Below, one piece after another: positions 28,010 to 42,374 of a stretch of 64,000 nucleotides of DNA. Below the pieces are notes generated by a model that searched no databases, was not told the origin of the DNA, and saw nothing but the letters and a program-made list of their open reading frames with translations. The position numbers were made by a program, and so were the translations under genes. Positions within the stretch are counted from its first letter, which is position 1; each line of letters starts with the position of its first letter. The DNA comes from the human T2T-CHM13v2.0 reference genome, Homo sapiens: NCBI RefSeq assembly GCF_009914755.1, contig NC_060933.1, one strand, 5' to 3'.

Positions 28010-29998
28010 CTGATGAGTCTTCCAAACTCTTGGTATCTGAGCAGAAAATGGAGTCGGAAATCACATTATCTGACTATTCTGGAAAATAGATTGCAGAAAT
28101 AGGAAAACAAACCCAACAGTTTTAGAGAACCACAAACCAAGTGAGAAGGAAAGAGCTCAGTTACAAACTCACTTGACAAATTTTTGCTGCTGAGGTTCTC
28201 TTTGTCTTTTTAGCCATGGTAGTGCTTGCATCCAGTAGTTTTTGCAGTTGTAACATTGTAGTATTTTAAAGGCACTTGCTGTTCTCTGTCCCTTGAGCGT
28301 AGATGGCTGGCTGAGTTGGTGGTATTTTGACACGCTACCAAAAACAACTAGGGGTCAGTTTTTAGATTTTTGTTACTTGGTTTTTAGAATGTAGTCAGCA
28401 GTGATTTTCTGCACTGAAGGAATGACAGTTTTCCTTTGAGAGGCAAAGACCCATCTAAGCCCCTGCAGACCCTCATTTATTTATCACTACATATGTGTCT
28501 ATTTTATATGTATGCACACCATCCAGACAAGAGCAAATGTTCCCAGATTTAATGAAATCTGATGAAGCACCTTTTTAACTCTGCAATATTATTCTACCTT
28601 CATTGGTAAATGAGCCAAACGAGTGATCCATGCAGTTTAAATGCAAAATGCTGAAGTGATCCCGTAATCTGGAGAGGCGGCTGTTCTCTTGACAATAAGC
28701 TGGTTGTGTTTAATGGAATGAAACACAGTTATAATGATTTCTTTCACAGGTCATGTTCAGTTTAAAACTGTTGATAGATTGAAATAAGTTAAATATCATT
28801 TATCTTTTATTTATAAGGAAGAAAACCAGGAAAATTCCTGTGTTGGTTTCCCATCGTTGATATTTTGTGTTTTGTTTTGAATTGGTGATATTACACATTT
28901 CCTTCAGGCCTTCCCCAAGTTCCCTCAGTTGGGCTAGGGGAACGTTATGGATCTAGTTTGATTTTGTCATGTGTCCTGCTAGCCACTGTGTTTTTAAATT
29001 AGAATCTCTGCGAGATCACACTGTTGGAACAACACACAAATTGTAGTTTTAAATCAGTAATATGATCTAATTAGAAATGATGTTTTCATTTCCTGTATTA
29101 TTAAATTGAGTCACCTGACTATCTTAAAATGCTTTTTAAATCTATTACACTATATAATCAGTACATGCTGTGTGAATGTGGTTATGCTTAATAAAGGAGG
29201 CTGACTTGGAACCTCATAAGAATTTCACCAAAGAAACTACCATTAAGAAAAAAAGTTTAGTCAGTGTGAATAGTGGAAAAGAAAATGTTTGGCTTATAAA
29301 AATAGACGATGTGGGTTCCTTTGGAAACCCCCTAACCCACTTTTTAAACCTAATTCTGAGGAAAAAAAAATGATAGAAATGTATGCGTTTGGAAAAAAGC
29401 TCACCCCCATCCCCAATAAACCCTTAGGAAACAGGTATGCCATGGTGTTGTAGGAATTGCAGTTTAGCACAAGAAATGCTGAACCTCAATTTTTAGCAGT
29501 GACATTTTAATGATAGGAAGTCTGCAAAATTATTTGCCATCAATTGTGAAGGCAATAACAAGCCTTGGTGGTTTTTCACACTCTCTGTGTTAAGTGCTTT
29601 CAGAATGACAGCGTAAACTGTGTTAGAGAACTCCAAGGAAGTAAAACTGATTAAAATGTTCATGCTTGAATGGTGCTGATGGAATAGTTCATTTGGACTT
29701 TCTCTACCTCCTGCAGCTCAAGCTGAAATATTAAAATTCAGTGGATTTAAATCTCTTTCCTCTCAGCTCAGGAAAAAAACATTACATTTTAATAGGTTTT
29801 AAACCCATAATTCATTGGTTTGGAGCAGCACTATTAAATCTATTTAAATATTACTTGTATTACTAAGGAAATGATTTAAATGACTTTGCCTTTACCATCC
29901 TATGTGTTTGAGTTAGTTTAAAAAAAGAAAGACAATACCTTTGCGGTCCCCCCCTTAGTATTTTGTTTTCTTGTCCTTGTCATATGATTGAACCTTAA

Positions 29999-30000
<2 letters not shown>

Positions 30001-30050
<50 letters not shown>
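30001..30050. repeat. (GT)25 microsatellite
   Basis: Direct reading; perfect repeat. Confidence 0.95.
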
Positions 30051-30055
<5 letters not shown>

Positions 30056-32879
30056 ACATTGACAACGTGGTAAGAGGGTCTTGCAGTATGACTGTTTAAA
30101 AATGTATGTCTCTTCTTTTCCGTTATAGATTTCAAAACTGCCATTTTAACTTTCAAAGGCATTTGGATGAGCCACCGTGGTCATTTTCCTTGTATTCTTT
30201 TTAAACAGTTTAGCCATTAGGCAGAAAGGGAAAGATATAAATATGTGGGTATATATAAAAATGTGTGTGTGTGTGTTTCCCTCCCTTACATTGCAAGTGT
30301 AGGAAATATACCCCTGTGGATACATGGCCTCCAGTAACACACAACTTGAAATTAAATTTAAAAATTTACGTTTTTTTACAAAAGTATTCTTCCTGGGCCC
30401 ACCGTGTACCCCTCAGTTCCTTTCTCTCTAGCCCTTGCCACTACAACATGTGTCCCACAGCCTGACAGCACCTCCAGTCAGCCATAGCGCGAAGTGCTTG
30501 CTTTCCCCCAGTGCTTTGTGGGAAACCTTTGTGGGGAATCCACCCTTCACTTACACAAGCACAGCCTGGAAAGTGCAGGAATTACAGCTGCATTGGGTAA
30601 CCCTGAATCCCACAGGGAAACAGAGTTAGTGGAATGCTCCCCGCATTCTCTGGGGGAGACACCTGTAAGATGCCTTCTATGCTACTCCACAAAAGGTTCC
30701 AGTAGGATGGAGCTTCAGTTGCCCACAGTAGTGATAGGCTAGATAATACATGTTTATTTTGAGTTTTCCCCCTTCCGTGGTTCACTATTCATAGGCCCGT
30801 ACTCCTGTTCTGTGATCATTTCAAAATTACCTGCAGCCAAGCCCTCTCCCTCCACTTTCCCGGCAGACACTTAGGATTTGATTTCATAGGCCTCAAGCTA
30901 CTTAAGGGGGCTTTACAGTGTAGGTAGGTAATTGTAGTCATGTACTAGAGTCAGGGCTTGTTTTCTGATGTGAGTTCTGTGCGTAAAACATATTTAACAG
31001 CTCAACTGTACAACTCAGCTTTTGTGTTATTTTTTAAATAAATATTTTTCAGTAAACTTACAGGTGAGCTTCTCTATCTTGTTCTGCTTCTTGCAGCTGA
31101 TTACTATTGGTATTTTCTAGATGTATGTAATACAGAATGAAATTAAAAATGAGCTATAAAATAGATTTATCAGAGATTGTTATTTCAGCTTTGTTACTGT
31201 CTTTACTGAATAGTGTGCCTGGAGCTTAAAGGCTTTATAAAACATGCTGGCCACTGTCTGTGTCGTGTACACACACAGCTTGCACAATGGGGGAAGGGGC
31301 TGGCTTGAAGATGCACTCACTTGGAGGGCTTTACTCACCTGCATTCATCAAACACATGGCAGGAACACCAAAGCAGTTTTACATCACATTCTTTCTTCTT
31401 TATCTTCTGTGGGTGTGCCTGCCCCTCACTCTTTTTCTTTTCTTAACTGGTTCATTTGCCATGGAGCAGGGGACTACATTATTGAATGATGTATTCATAA
31501 TCTAATCTTTCTGCTACGGTTTGATGAGGCTCTAAGAGGCAGTAATTTCCCTTCTCTCATAACAAAGACTCTCATATATTTAAGTAATTTAAAAACTCTG
31601 CCTGCACTTCAGAGACGCCCAAAAACCACTAGGTAAGGAATAGGATTTCTGATTTGTGCTTGTGATGTGCTCTCCGTTATTTTCTATGACAAAGCTTCTC
31701 TGGAAGAAATTTCTAGAAGCCAGTCTATCAATCCTCTCACCTCCAAAACTGGGACTAGCCAGCAATGCTACAATTTTTCTTTCTGTTTGGAGCTGAGCCA
31801 TCCTTTCCTTTCCCCCAGTGAATGCACTTCCATCGCTGTAGAGTTGAGTTCAAAGTGTTATAAGAGTTGCAGAATGTGTCTGGGTAGATGTATCTGAGGA
31901 AGGGATATGGGCATTGGCTTCCACTGAGAAGAAAGTAGTTCTCCCAGATCCACAGAGCTCGGCAGGCTGAGCTTATGCAGAGGTCTGAGGAATGGTTATA
32001 TAGAAAAACAGGCTAAAACAGAGAATAAGGCAACCTGCAAGCTTGCAGTTCCAGAGTGTTACCCCATTTTATAGGTTGTTTTGTTTTGGTTTTGTGTCAC
32101 TTTTGTAATTCTCTGATGATTTCCTGCCAGCAGTGTTTCCACAAGCAGCATCACCAACTTCCGTATAGTCAGAGACCTTTTTCCTTGTGGTGTCAGACTG
32201 CTTTGTACCCCTCGAAGCTGAGAGGGAGGGAAGAAGCATGGGCTATAAGAGACAGTCTCACACCAAACAGGCAACTAAAGGGTTATTGACAGTGGTTAAC
32301 TGTCAAGCACTTAGGTGAGGTTTTTAAGGACTTTTGTTGCCTGTTCTCAAAGCTCCCTAAGAAACCAGTTTGGGAATCCTTCTACCCCAAAATGCATGTG
32401 TGGTCTTAAGTGTTGTCCTTAAGACCTTTGTGAAAAGGTTAGAACTCTTTAGTGAATAGCAAGAGTTATTTAATGATTATGTCCATTCATTCATTCAGTA
32501 AATATTTGAGTACTTTCACCAATATCCTATTAAAGGGGCATATTTTATTTTCATTTTGAGTGATATTTTAAATTGTCTTCTGAAATATATTCTGAAATGA
32601 TCCTCAAGTTACATTTAAATCATTCTATTAAAATTTTGGTAGCTGTCAGCTTGCTGGTATTACATTGTACTTACAAATAATCAACTTTTAATTAACGCAT
32701 TTTAATTTCAATAAAGCTAGTTTCCATGGATAACAGAGTAAAGAGAAATAGTTAATAAAAAACATAAGAATGAAGCAGCATACATTTACGGATTTGTATT
32801 TTTTTATATTTGCAGATACATTTTCAGATATTTGGATTAGGAATTTAGAAATTCATTATTGATATTCTCTATTACATCA

Positions 32880-34165
32880 GATTTAATGAGACGTAATCTG
32901 CAAAAAGTAAAATTTACCCTTTCCAGTGTGTAGGTCTTTGAGTTTTGACAACCGAATACAGTTGTGTAACTGCCACCACAATCAAGATACAGGATAGTTC
33001 CCTCCACCCCAATCCCTTGTTACTCTTTGTAGTCAGTCATTTTTTTCTATCCCAGCCCCCGCCAACCATTGAAAATGTGTCTTCTTCCAAAGTGAGCCTT
33101 TTTGACAATGTCATGTAAATGGAATTATATATCATGTAGCCTTCCGAGGTTTCTTCTTTTACTTAGCATAAGGCATTTGTGATTTGTCCATGTGGTTGCT
33201 CATATCAGTAGTTAGTGCCTGTGTATTGCAGACTGATATTCTATTGTATGGATATACCAGTTTATCTGTTCACTCCTTAAAGGACAGTTGGTTGAATAAA
33301 GCCACGAGAAACATTCTTATTTGGATATTTTAAGTAAGTGAATGTAAGTTATATCTTTTGGGTGATTACCTAGAAGTGGGATTGCTGAGTTACATGGTAA
33401 ATGCACGTTAAACTTTCCAAGTAATTGACATACTGTTTCTCAGAGTGATTCTACTATTTTGCAGTTTCACTAATATATTACATGTAAGAAAACCTTTCCT
33501 CTACATCTTTGTCTGCACTTGGAATTACAGGTTTTGGGGAGGTTATTTTAGCCATCCTAATAGGTGCATAATAGTACTTACTGTGTTTTTTATGCATTTT
33601 CATAACAATTAATGATGTTAAGTGTCTTTTTTGCTGTCTCTGTATCTTTTCTGATATCTGTTCAAATCTTTGCCTCTTTTTTTTTCATCAGTCAGTTTTA
33701 TTATTGAGTTTTAAGAGTTCTTTAATTTTCTGGATTTTTTTGTGTATTTTGTAATTCTCCCAATCTATAGTTTAACATTGTCAAAGTTAAACTTAGGCTT
33801 TTTTTTTCCTTTATGGACTTTTGGTGTTGTCTGTAAGTAATCTTTGCCTAACCGAAGACCGCAAACATGTTATTCTGGGGTTTCTTGTAGAAGTTTTACA
33901 TTTAGGTCTATAATTCAGTTCAATTTTTGTTTATGGTAAGATATATGCATTAAGTTGAGGTTTTTTTTTTTTTTTCCCACAAGGACATGGATTCAGTTTT
34001 TCTAGCACTATTTGTTGAAAAGGCTATCCTTTCTCCATTGATTTGTCTTTGCACCATTGTTGAAAATCAATTAACCTTATATGTATGAGTGTATTTCTGA
34101 CTGCTCCAATCAACTGTTGCCGTCTCTTTTGCTAGTGCTATACTGTGTTGATGACTATAGCTTTC
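32880..34165 (-). mobile_element. Old L1M (L1MB/MC/ME-type) 3' fragment
   Basis: Antisense L1 motifs such as tacctagaagtgggattgctgagttacatggtaa, tttctagcactatttgttgaaaaggctatcctttctccattga and gttgaaaatcaattaacc. Confidence 0.75.
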
Positions 34166-34329
34166 ATTATTGATGTTATCCATTCCGTTTTGCACTTGTT
34201 CTTCCTGTTCTTCCTTGCCCTTTGCAGTACTCCTCAGCACTTCAGGTCTTTATCATCAGTATACTAAAGACTGACTGATGGATGAAGGGAAAGGGTCTAA
34301 GCTCAGTATAAACACTTTCTCTCATCAGA

Positions 34330-35240
34330 AATGGTGTCTGCTCCACCTCCTAACATTTCTCTCAAGGTTGAGCGCATTTTTCCATCTCCTCCTGGTCCAA
34401 GTAATGCCTTTAGCTAGACTCTTCCAGCCTCTTCCTGATAGGCTACCATGTTTCCGCATTTGTCTTTCTTTCATTCTACACACAGCAGCCAGAGTGACCT
34501 TCTTATAAAATAGAAATAGGATCTATTGGTCCTCTGCTTAAAGCCACAGTGAGTGTGGTGGTGTCGTCTATATATATGAGACTATATATAGTAGCTGAGA
34601 CGCTACTCGGGAGGCTACTGGATCACTTGAGCGCAAGAGTTCAAGACCAGCCTGGGCAACAGCAGGATTTCATTTCTAAAAAATTTAAAAAACAAGCAAA
34701 TGAAAAACCCAGGAAAACCTGATGGCTGCCCCTTTTATTTAGAAAAAGGTCTGAATTTCTAACCTTGGCCTACAAGATTCTTCATGAGCTGACCCCTCTT
34801 TCACTGGCCTTTCTGCTGTCACATACCACTTATGTTCTTCATTCAGCTGTCCTTAAGCCACTTTGGCCCCTTTCTTCTGTCCCTGGGTCACTCCAAGTGT
34901 GTTCTCGACTGAGGGTTTGTGCACCAGCTTCTCTGTCCTCTGGATAGCCCATCCTCTGGATCCTAGAGTGGTCTTCCTTATGCCTCTTTTCAGAGTGTCA
35001 GCTCAGATGTTATTTCCTGAGGAAGGACTTTCTTGGCTGGCACTCTTTTTACTCTTTGCTTCTAATTCATTCTCTGTCCCATTAACCTGTTTTATTGTCG
35101 TCATTGCACTTACCATTGATTTGTTATGCATCACTTTCCCTTGACTAGCTAGTGAAATCTCATTCACTTTTGTAGCCATGAAGCCTAGAGCGATAGGTAT
35201 CTCATAATTTTCAATACGTATTTGTATGATAAATATTCAG
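34330..35240 (+). mobile_element. L2 fragment carrying an inserted Alu monomer
   Basis: cattctacacacagcagccagagtgaccttctt, ccttggcctacaagattcttcatg and cagctcagatgtt are L2 motifs. Confidence 0.6.
34548..34700 (+). mobile_element. FLAM-like Alu monomer (degenerate)
   Basis: gctactcgggaggct...ggatcacttgagcgcaagagttcaagaccagcctgggcaac followed by an A-rich tail. Confidence 0.75.
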
Positions 35241-35609
35241 TAACTATTTGTTCAATAAATTTGCAGTAATTTGTTCATAATAATTTTCCATAGATGTTTG
35301 TTAAATACTATGCTCTGGGATATTTTCTCATTTGGATATTCTCCGTACAATTTTGAGCCAAGATAGAAAAGGAAGCGCATGGACTGGTAGAAAATATACA
35401 GTTCTGGGTTTCACTTATAGTATGATATTAGGAATTTCATTTAGGTTTTTTCATCTGTAGAATGCAAGGCTGGAGCTGGCCTATTTATTTTGACGTTAAT
35501 GGAATTTTTATTTTAAAACTTGGGGTCCTTTTGTGTCATAGTTATTTTTCTAGGTTTATCACCTCCCTAGGCTTGTATTCTTTTCCTGAAAAAGGTAACT
35601 AAATATAGT

Positions 35610-35840
35610 AGATGTTATTGAATATTCGCTCTGTGTTAAGCATTTACATGCATTACTTTGTTTAATCTTCACATCAACCTCATGTGGAAGGAAATACTGT
35701 TCCAGCTTTACAAATAATGAAACCAAGGGCTTTGAAGAGGTAAGTCATTTTCTGAAGGCCACACAAAAGAGGAGTGGCAGGACTGGGATCCAAACTCCAG
35801 CTGACTTCAGAACTCACACATTTAACCATTATGCTACACT
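35610..35840 (-). mobile_element. MIR SINE
   Basis: tttaatcttcacatcaacctc...tttacaaataatgaaaccaaggg...gaggtaagtcattttctgaaggccacaca. Confidence 0.7.
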
Positions 35841-37059
35841 TGTCTCTTATTTGTTCTCTTGACTCTGTTCTTTCTTTCACACTGTCATCAATAATCTCTT
35901 TATCTTGAGATCCACTGATAGGATTGTCCAGCCAGAGCTCAGTGTTGGAAGGAAAATGGAAACTGGGTATGCTGGGTCCACATACTAAGTGGTTAGTCTA
36001 AATTGTCTGAATTATATTAGTTCCACAGGTCAGTTGGATACTCTTGACTCATACGTTGTTGCTTCCTGTCTGTTGTATCTTACTCTTATGAACAAGAACT
36101 GAAAGTTGTTATAAACACAGCTGTTAAGGCAGGTGTTTTAACCCAGTGTCCTTGGATCTTCTGGAATTTCATGCTTGGGCATTGGGCTGTCAATTAAATG
36201 CCTGAATTGCTTGCAGAATTGCCTGTGTGTGTGTGTGTGTGTTTGGGGTTGGTAGGAGAGGAGTATGTATAGTTTTTGGAGGAGAGTGTTCACAAAGGGT
36301 CCTGTGACACAAACAAGTTTGAATCCATGCCTTAGTAGAATAGGATTGTGCAAAATCCTGATATGAAATAGCAAAATATCATGTGGGGTGCATGTAGACA
36401 AAAAATATTTGCCCGTAGCAGCGTGGGGACACATTCTAGGATGGTTGTTCAGAAACTTGGAAATCAGGAGTTTACTTTTGTAGGAGGGTTTCTTGATTAA
36501 GAACTATTGTTGGTACTCTAGTTGCAGGCAGCAGTAGGTGAGGCAGGGGACATGACTGGTGGTGAAGACCATAAAGGGGCCCCCACCAGGCCAGTGGCTA
36601 GTCAGGAGATATAAACAAGTTAGAACTTACAGGGATTGCCATTATGTTGTGGGGAGTTCTATCTTTGAAATTACTTCATTGCTTTGTGATAAGCTCTATA
36701 CTTCTCTGCTTCTATTTCTCTATCTTGAGAAAACCTTGTATGCCTGACTTGTGAATAACAATTATTTCATGAGATAGAGTAATATTGCAAACTTAAAAAA
36801 ATGGTTTTGACTAAATAGTTAGAGCTAACTGTGCCTTTGACCCCAACCTCTTAAGAAAAACTCAGAATGGTACATTCTTGAATCCTTTTTAAGGCAGCTC
36901 TATAGCTAGTCTGACCCTTGTGATTCTCATGCTTTTTTTTTTTTCTTGGTAGATTCATAAAAATGGTGAGAGTTTATCTTTGCTCAGATTGTTTTCTGTG
37001 ACCATCAAGGGCAGTGCCACTATGGTCCCGAAGCAAAGTGGCAGTAATGTTGCTTTTTT

Positions 37060-37700
37060 TCTTTATTTCCCTAGAGTGTTTCTGGGTTGACTCAAAGCAA
37101 TTTGTAGACACAGCTCTGCACAAATTAATATCTGGGAGAAGAAACAGTTGAGAGGAAAAAACAGTTTAAGTTGAGATCTACTTGGATTGAAAGCTCAGAG
37201 GTTGTTCTTGGGTTTCTTTCAGCTAATAGCTTCAGAATGGCCTCTGAGCAAAGATAGATGTCGAGGCAGGCTTTGTTGTTTGTTGGTTCTCCCTTGCAGG
37301 CAGAGGCTACCCTCTGCTATCAAGGCTAAAGCATTCCAGGAGCTCTTTGCAGGCTTCCTTACAGAAGAACTGTGGGCAAGTGACCCTATCCAGGTCAGCG
37401 AGATATAAAAAGATGTGGTTTTCTTCTTAACAGAAACCCATGGAGAGAGAATTATCCTCCCTTCTGCATTTTAATATGGTTATGTGAAGGCATGAGGTAA
37501 TGTGTGGAGCTGTGGCAGCCATCTTGTGATGGGAGGGGATGGGATTTGAGGGATGCCACATGAATCAGGGACCCAGAGCCCTGATAATGTTAGGTCATCT
37601 ATCCATCCCTGGACTTGTAGTGTGAGAAATAAAAATTCCTTTAAAAAAAATTCAGGCCATTTTTGGGTATTCTATACCTTGCAGAGGAACTATCTTAACT
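37060..37700. mobile_element. Old MLT1-type MaLR LTR
   Basis: ggagctgtggcagccatcttgtga...catccctggactt..tgtgagaaataaaaattcc...gggtattct..accttgcag are MLT1 motifs; boundaries approximate. Confidence 0.5.
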
Positions 37701-37708
37701 CAAATATA

Positions 37709-38270
37709 TAGTTACATGCCATATAATGATGTTTCAGTCAAGGACAGACCACATATATGACAATGGTCCCATAAGATTATAATGGAGCTGAAAATATTTT
37801 ATTGCCTAGTGACATTGTAGCTGTCGTAACACCACAGCAAATTACTTTTTAAATAATTTTTTTGTAGCAGTGTAGAGTAATTATAAAGTCTGTAGTGGTG
37901 TTCATTAATGTCCTAGGCCTTCACATTTACTCACCACTGACTCATTCAGAGCAAATTCCAGTCTTGCCAGTTTCATTTATGATAAGTGCTTTATATAGGT
38001 GTACCATTTTTTATCTTTTATACTGTATTTTTACTATACCTCTTCTGTGTTTAGATACACAAATACCATTTTGACACAATTGCCTACAATATTCAGTGCA
38101 GTAACATGCTGTTCAGGTTTGTAGCCTAGGATTAATAGGCCATATTGCATAGCTTATGTGTGTAGTAGGTTATACCATCTAGATAAATATACTCTATAAT
38201 TGCACAGTAATAAAATTGCCTAAAGACTCATTTCTCAGAATATCCCTATAGTTAAGTGGTGTATGACTAT
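37709..38270 (+). mobile_element. Tigger3 (MER7/Golem-derived) non-autonomous element
   Basis: Begins gttacatgccatataatgatgtttcagtcaaggacagaccacatatatgacaatggtcccataagattataatggagctgaaaa and ends catttctcagaatatccctatagttaagtggtgtatgacta. Confidence 0.8.
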
Positions 38271-39309
38271 AGATAGATACATATATATTTCTATGTTAAT
38301 GTCATGACTTATGTATATCAAAATACTGGGAACAACCTGAACACCCAACACTGGGGAACTACTTAAGTGAACTCAGGTATGGCAGTACAGGTTGCAAAGA
38401 ACAGAAGGAGTTGAGTGTTACTTTGAAGACAGAACTAGAAAGACCTGGTTATGGAAGACGGCAGAGTGAGACTAAGTGGAGGAATTCAGGACACCCTGGA
38501 AATTTGGAACATAAGTAACTAGGTAGATAGTTGTACCATTTACTCAGATGGGGCAGAAGAGAGAAGGAATGGCCATATGAATACAATGGCATACCATGTA
38601 GCTGTTAGAAATGATGTAGTCAAGGTGTATTAAGGATGTGGAAAAATGTTCTTAATACATGGTAAACAGGAAACGAAGAAACAGGTTAAACCACAAGATA
38701 GTTTGAGTTACTTTTGTTAAAAATGCTAACATGAATTCAAAAAATACTGGATAGGCCCACCATGATATTACTAGTTTTCTTTGGCTGGTAGGATTATGTG
38801 TGGCTTTTAATTTTTTTTTTCACTCCGCCTATCTTCATTTAACATATAAGTTTCTAATCTGAAAAAAGCTATAAGACAAAATTCTATTCATATGGCCATT
38901 CCTTCTCTCTTCTGCCCCATCTGAGTAAATGGTACAACTATCTACCTAGTTACTTATGTTCCAAATTTCCAGGGTGTCCTGAATTCCTCCACTTAGTCTC
39001 ACTCTGCCGTCTTCCATAACCAGGTCTTTCTAGTTCTGTCTTCAAAGTAACACTCAACTCCTTCTGTTCTTTGCAACCTGTACTGCCACAACCCTAACTG
39101 AAGTTATCATTCATTATTTTCTTGTTTGAACCCCCTGCATTACCTACTAGCCGGTCTCCTGCCCTTCATTCTTGCCACTCTCAGATTCAGAAAATTATTA
39201 TTTTTTAATATTCTAGCTTAAAATACTTACTAGTCTTTATAAAGGCCAGTTTAAGCTGGTTTACACACTCAAGCTTAAAATACTTGGTGGTCTTCTTTAT
39301 ATAGGCCAG

Positions 39310-39770
39310 TGAAATAGAATAAAATACTAAGAAATAGATTCACTTGTATATGTCAGAATGGACAAGCAGATCAGTGGGGAGAAAGATGGAAGCTAGTAAA
39401 TATTACTGTGGGGCTACCTGGTTATTCTTGTGGAAAAGAATTGGATACATACATGTCACCATATGCAGAAGTCAATCCTAGAATCATAAAAAGAACTTTA
39501 AAACTTAAAAAAAAAAAACAGGAAGAATCTTTTTTTTTTTTCTTGGAGTAGGATTTCTTAAAAGGGTCACAGAAAGCCCAACCCATGAGAAAAGATTGAT
39601 AGTATTTAATACTCACTTGGAATGAAAAACATCTGTTCATCAAAAGATGCTTTAAAGAAAATGAGAAGACAAGCCAGAAACCAGGAGAAGTTATTTGCAA
39701 CACATGTAACCAAAAAGTGATTATGATCCAGATTTATACCAGTTAAAGAGCAACTAAAAGTTCAGCTTAA
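39310..39770 (+). mobile_element. Old L1M ORF2 3' fragment, flanked by L2 sequence
   Basis: aaatgagaagacaagccagaaaccaggagaagttatttgcaacacatgtaaccaaaa and gtaggatttcttaaaagg are L1M motifs. Confidence 0.55.
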
Positions 39771-40629
39771 AAAACAAAACCAAACCCCAAAACCCACCGT
39801 AGCCTAGAGCTCTAATTATTCTTAAATAAAAGTCAAAAACCCTTAGTGTGCACAGCCTGATTCCCAGAATATACTTGTATTCTACCCGACTTCCCCATTG
39901 CTCACTGGATTCTCACTAGGCTTCCTTTTACTTCACTGGTCACAGCAAGCGTCTCTCTTGTTCTGGGTCCTCTCAACTGCTTTTCTCTTGCTTCTGATTC
40001 TCCCAGCTGTCTGCAGTGTGCTGTCATTTGCATCCTGCAGGTCTCAGTTCAAAGGTTATTTCCCCAGAGGAGCTGCCTCCATTTATTTTTATGAATGAAT
40101 GATTGCTTACCCCTTCCACCCTAGTTGAGAAAGGGTCCTAATTGGGCAGCAGGTACATCACTGGACTAAATGGTAGGGGCTTGTGCTCCATTTCTTGATG
40201 CTAATACCATCTCCCACTGACTCTCTCACCTAGGAGATCACACATGTGAGTGTTGGCCTGGTTTAGCGTTCTTCAAATTGCAGCTCAAGAGACTCATGAG
40301 TGTACAGTGAAGTCTATTTAGTGGGCATAGTGGACTTTTTTTTTTTTTAATTAAAAAAGGGTATAGAAGACTATAGAAAATATTAGCGTATGTTGCACAT
40401 AGTAGTGTTTGGTAAACTTTGTTAATTTACACGTATATTCTATGTAGACACACACACATATGCACATAGACACACACACAGAAATTGTGGTCAAAATTTT
40501 GGAAAGCAAGTCTCCTAGATGACATCTGAGGTTCATTCCACCTCTGACGTTCTAAGATCAAATGCAGGATTACTGAACAACCTAAAGCAGATAGGCTTTT
40601 TAAATGCTGCTTTACTTAAAAAAAAAAGA

Positions 40630-40812
40630 AAAAAAAGAAGAAGAAATTAGAGATGGTGTCTGACTGTGTTGCCCAGATTGGAATATAGTGGCTATTCATA
40701 GGTATAATCATAGGGCACCACAGCCTCAAATGCCTGGGCTCAAGTGATCCTCCTGCCTCAGCCTCCCGAGTAGCTGGGACTACAGGCACATATATGCCAC
40801 TCTGCTTGGCTC
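40630..40812 (-). mobile_element. Old Alu monomer (FAM/FRAM/AluJ-like)
   Basis: gttgcccagattgg...cctgggctcaagtgatcctcctgcctcagcctcccgagtagctgggactacaggc. Confidence 0.8.
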
Positions 40813-41509
40813 AGCTTTACTTTTTTTTAAAGTACTCTGAAGTAACTAAAGAAAGCTTTTCTGAGTACATTCCCTTAGCTTGGTGACTTTAAAGACTAAA
40901 ACTTACAAAATAGAACCATTGGTATCAGTAAGATGTTAAAGACTAAAAATTTTTCTTAAGTAGCTTAAACAAGCTTCTGGGAAATTGTATTTCCATTATT
41001 AATTTGCTTAGAAGTACAATTACTAATAAACTTTTGGCCAATTCATAAAATACGCTAACGGGATCACTAATGGGAAAGTTAATAAATCAGGGTTTTTGTA
41101 GTTTTCTCCTTCTTTTCTTGCCATTATTACTTCATGAGTTAAACTACAAGTTAGGACAATGGAGCCGCTGGCAAAGATCTCATGATTTGCTTGCTTTGGT
41201 TGTTACTTGCCATCCCCTTAAGACCAGTCCAGAGATTTGGAGGACTACAGAGATCTGTGGTTTGTTTAGCTTGAGAAGCTTATCCTTTCAGTGATAATCT
41301 TACTTGGATTGCTCTAAATGCATGTCTTCTCCCTATAGTAAATCTCATGTTGTAAGTCATCAGGAATGAGTTACAGATAAGCTTAGTTTGAAAAGTTTCT
41401 TCCTTTGTTCTCTTTATTCTTGCTTCTTTCCATATATTCACTTAACCTTTAGCTTTTTCTAGAGATATTTGTTAAAGTAAGGTAAGAAGGGCACATCTTA
41501 TTTTCCCAG

Positions 41510-42290
41510 CCTCTACAACTACAGAGAAATTGAATGAATAGTAGAGCAAACACTGTATACTCGTCACCTAGATTTACCGGTTAACGTATCGTCACTTTTG
41601 TTTTCTGTCTCTGTTTATATACTCATACAAATACATGTGCACTTTTTGGAATGTGCTGAACTAATTGAAAGTAAAAGGCAATCATGCTGTTTCACCCCCT
41701 AATATTTCAGTGTGCTTCTTCTATGAACAAGGACATCTTCCTGTATAAGCATAATACCATTAACACATTCCTGTACCAGTGTGACAGCTCATAATCATAT
41801 TTCTCCAATTGTCCACAAAATGTCCTTAATAGCACTTTTTTATTCAATCCAGGATTCAATTCAAAAATTGTCTTTGCTGTCATGTCTTTTTACTCTTCTT
41901 TAAATCACAGTGTCCGAAAGCATTTTGCTTTTTAAGATATTGGCATTTTGAAGATTCCAGGCCAGTTTTCTGGAATCTTCCACAGTCTACATTTGTCTGT
42001 TTGTTTCTGATTGTTTTCTCAAGTTTAGATTTCGGTTAAGTGTTTTTAGTAGGAATACTAACTAGGTGATGTGTATTTCCAGTTGTATCATATTACTGGT
42101 GAAGCTAGGTGATCCATGGGGTGATACCTGGGCACTATGAATAACCTGTTTCCCTGCAACTTTTTACCCAGTGGTTGTAATATCGATGGTTGAGTCTGTC
42201 TTGCATTAGTTAATACATTTGACATGGTAAAACAGTAAATTTTAAGTTATTTCTTTCCTTTCAAATTAATATTCTGTAAAGAAGAGCTTT
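41510..42290 (-). mobile_element. Old L1M (L1MC/ME-type) 3' UTR fragment; probably continues at ~43420-43690
   Basis: ccccctaatatttcagtgtg, aacaaggacatcttcctgtataa, ttcaatccaggattcaat and ttttgaagattccaggccag motifs. Confidence 0.55.
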
Positions 42291-42374
42291 TCCTGTTTTC
42301 TCCTCTCCTCGCTCCCTCACTCTCTGTGCATATGAAAATGTGGGCTTCTGGTACCTTTCCTTAATACTAGCAGT

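Noticed and set aside
39214-39311. Imperfect ~36-nt direct repeat (agcttaaaatactt...ggccagt)
   Set aside because: There are only two degenerate copies at an old L1/L2 boundary; it is not an array and most likely an insertion-associated duplication.
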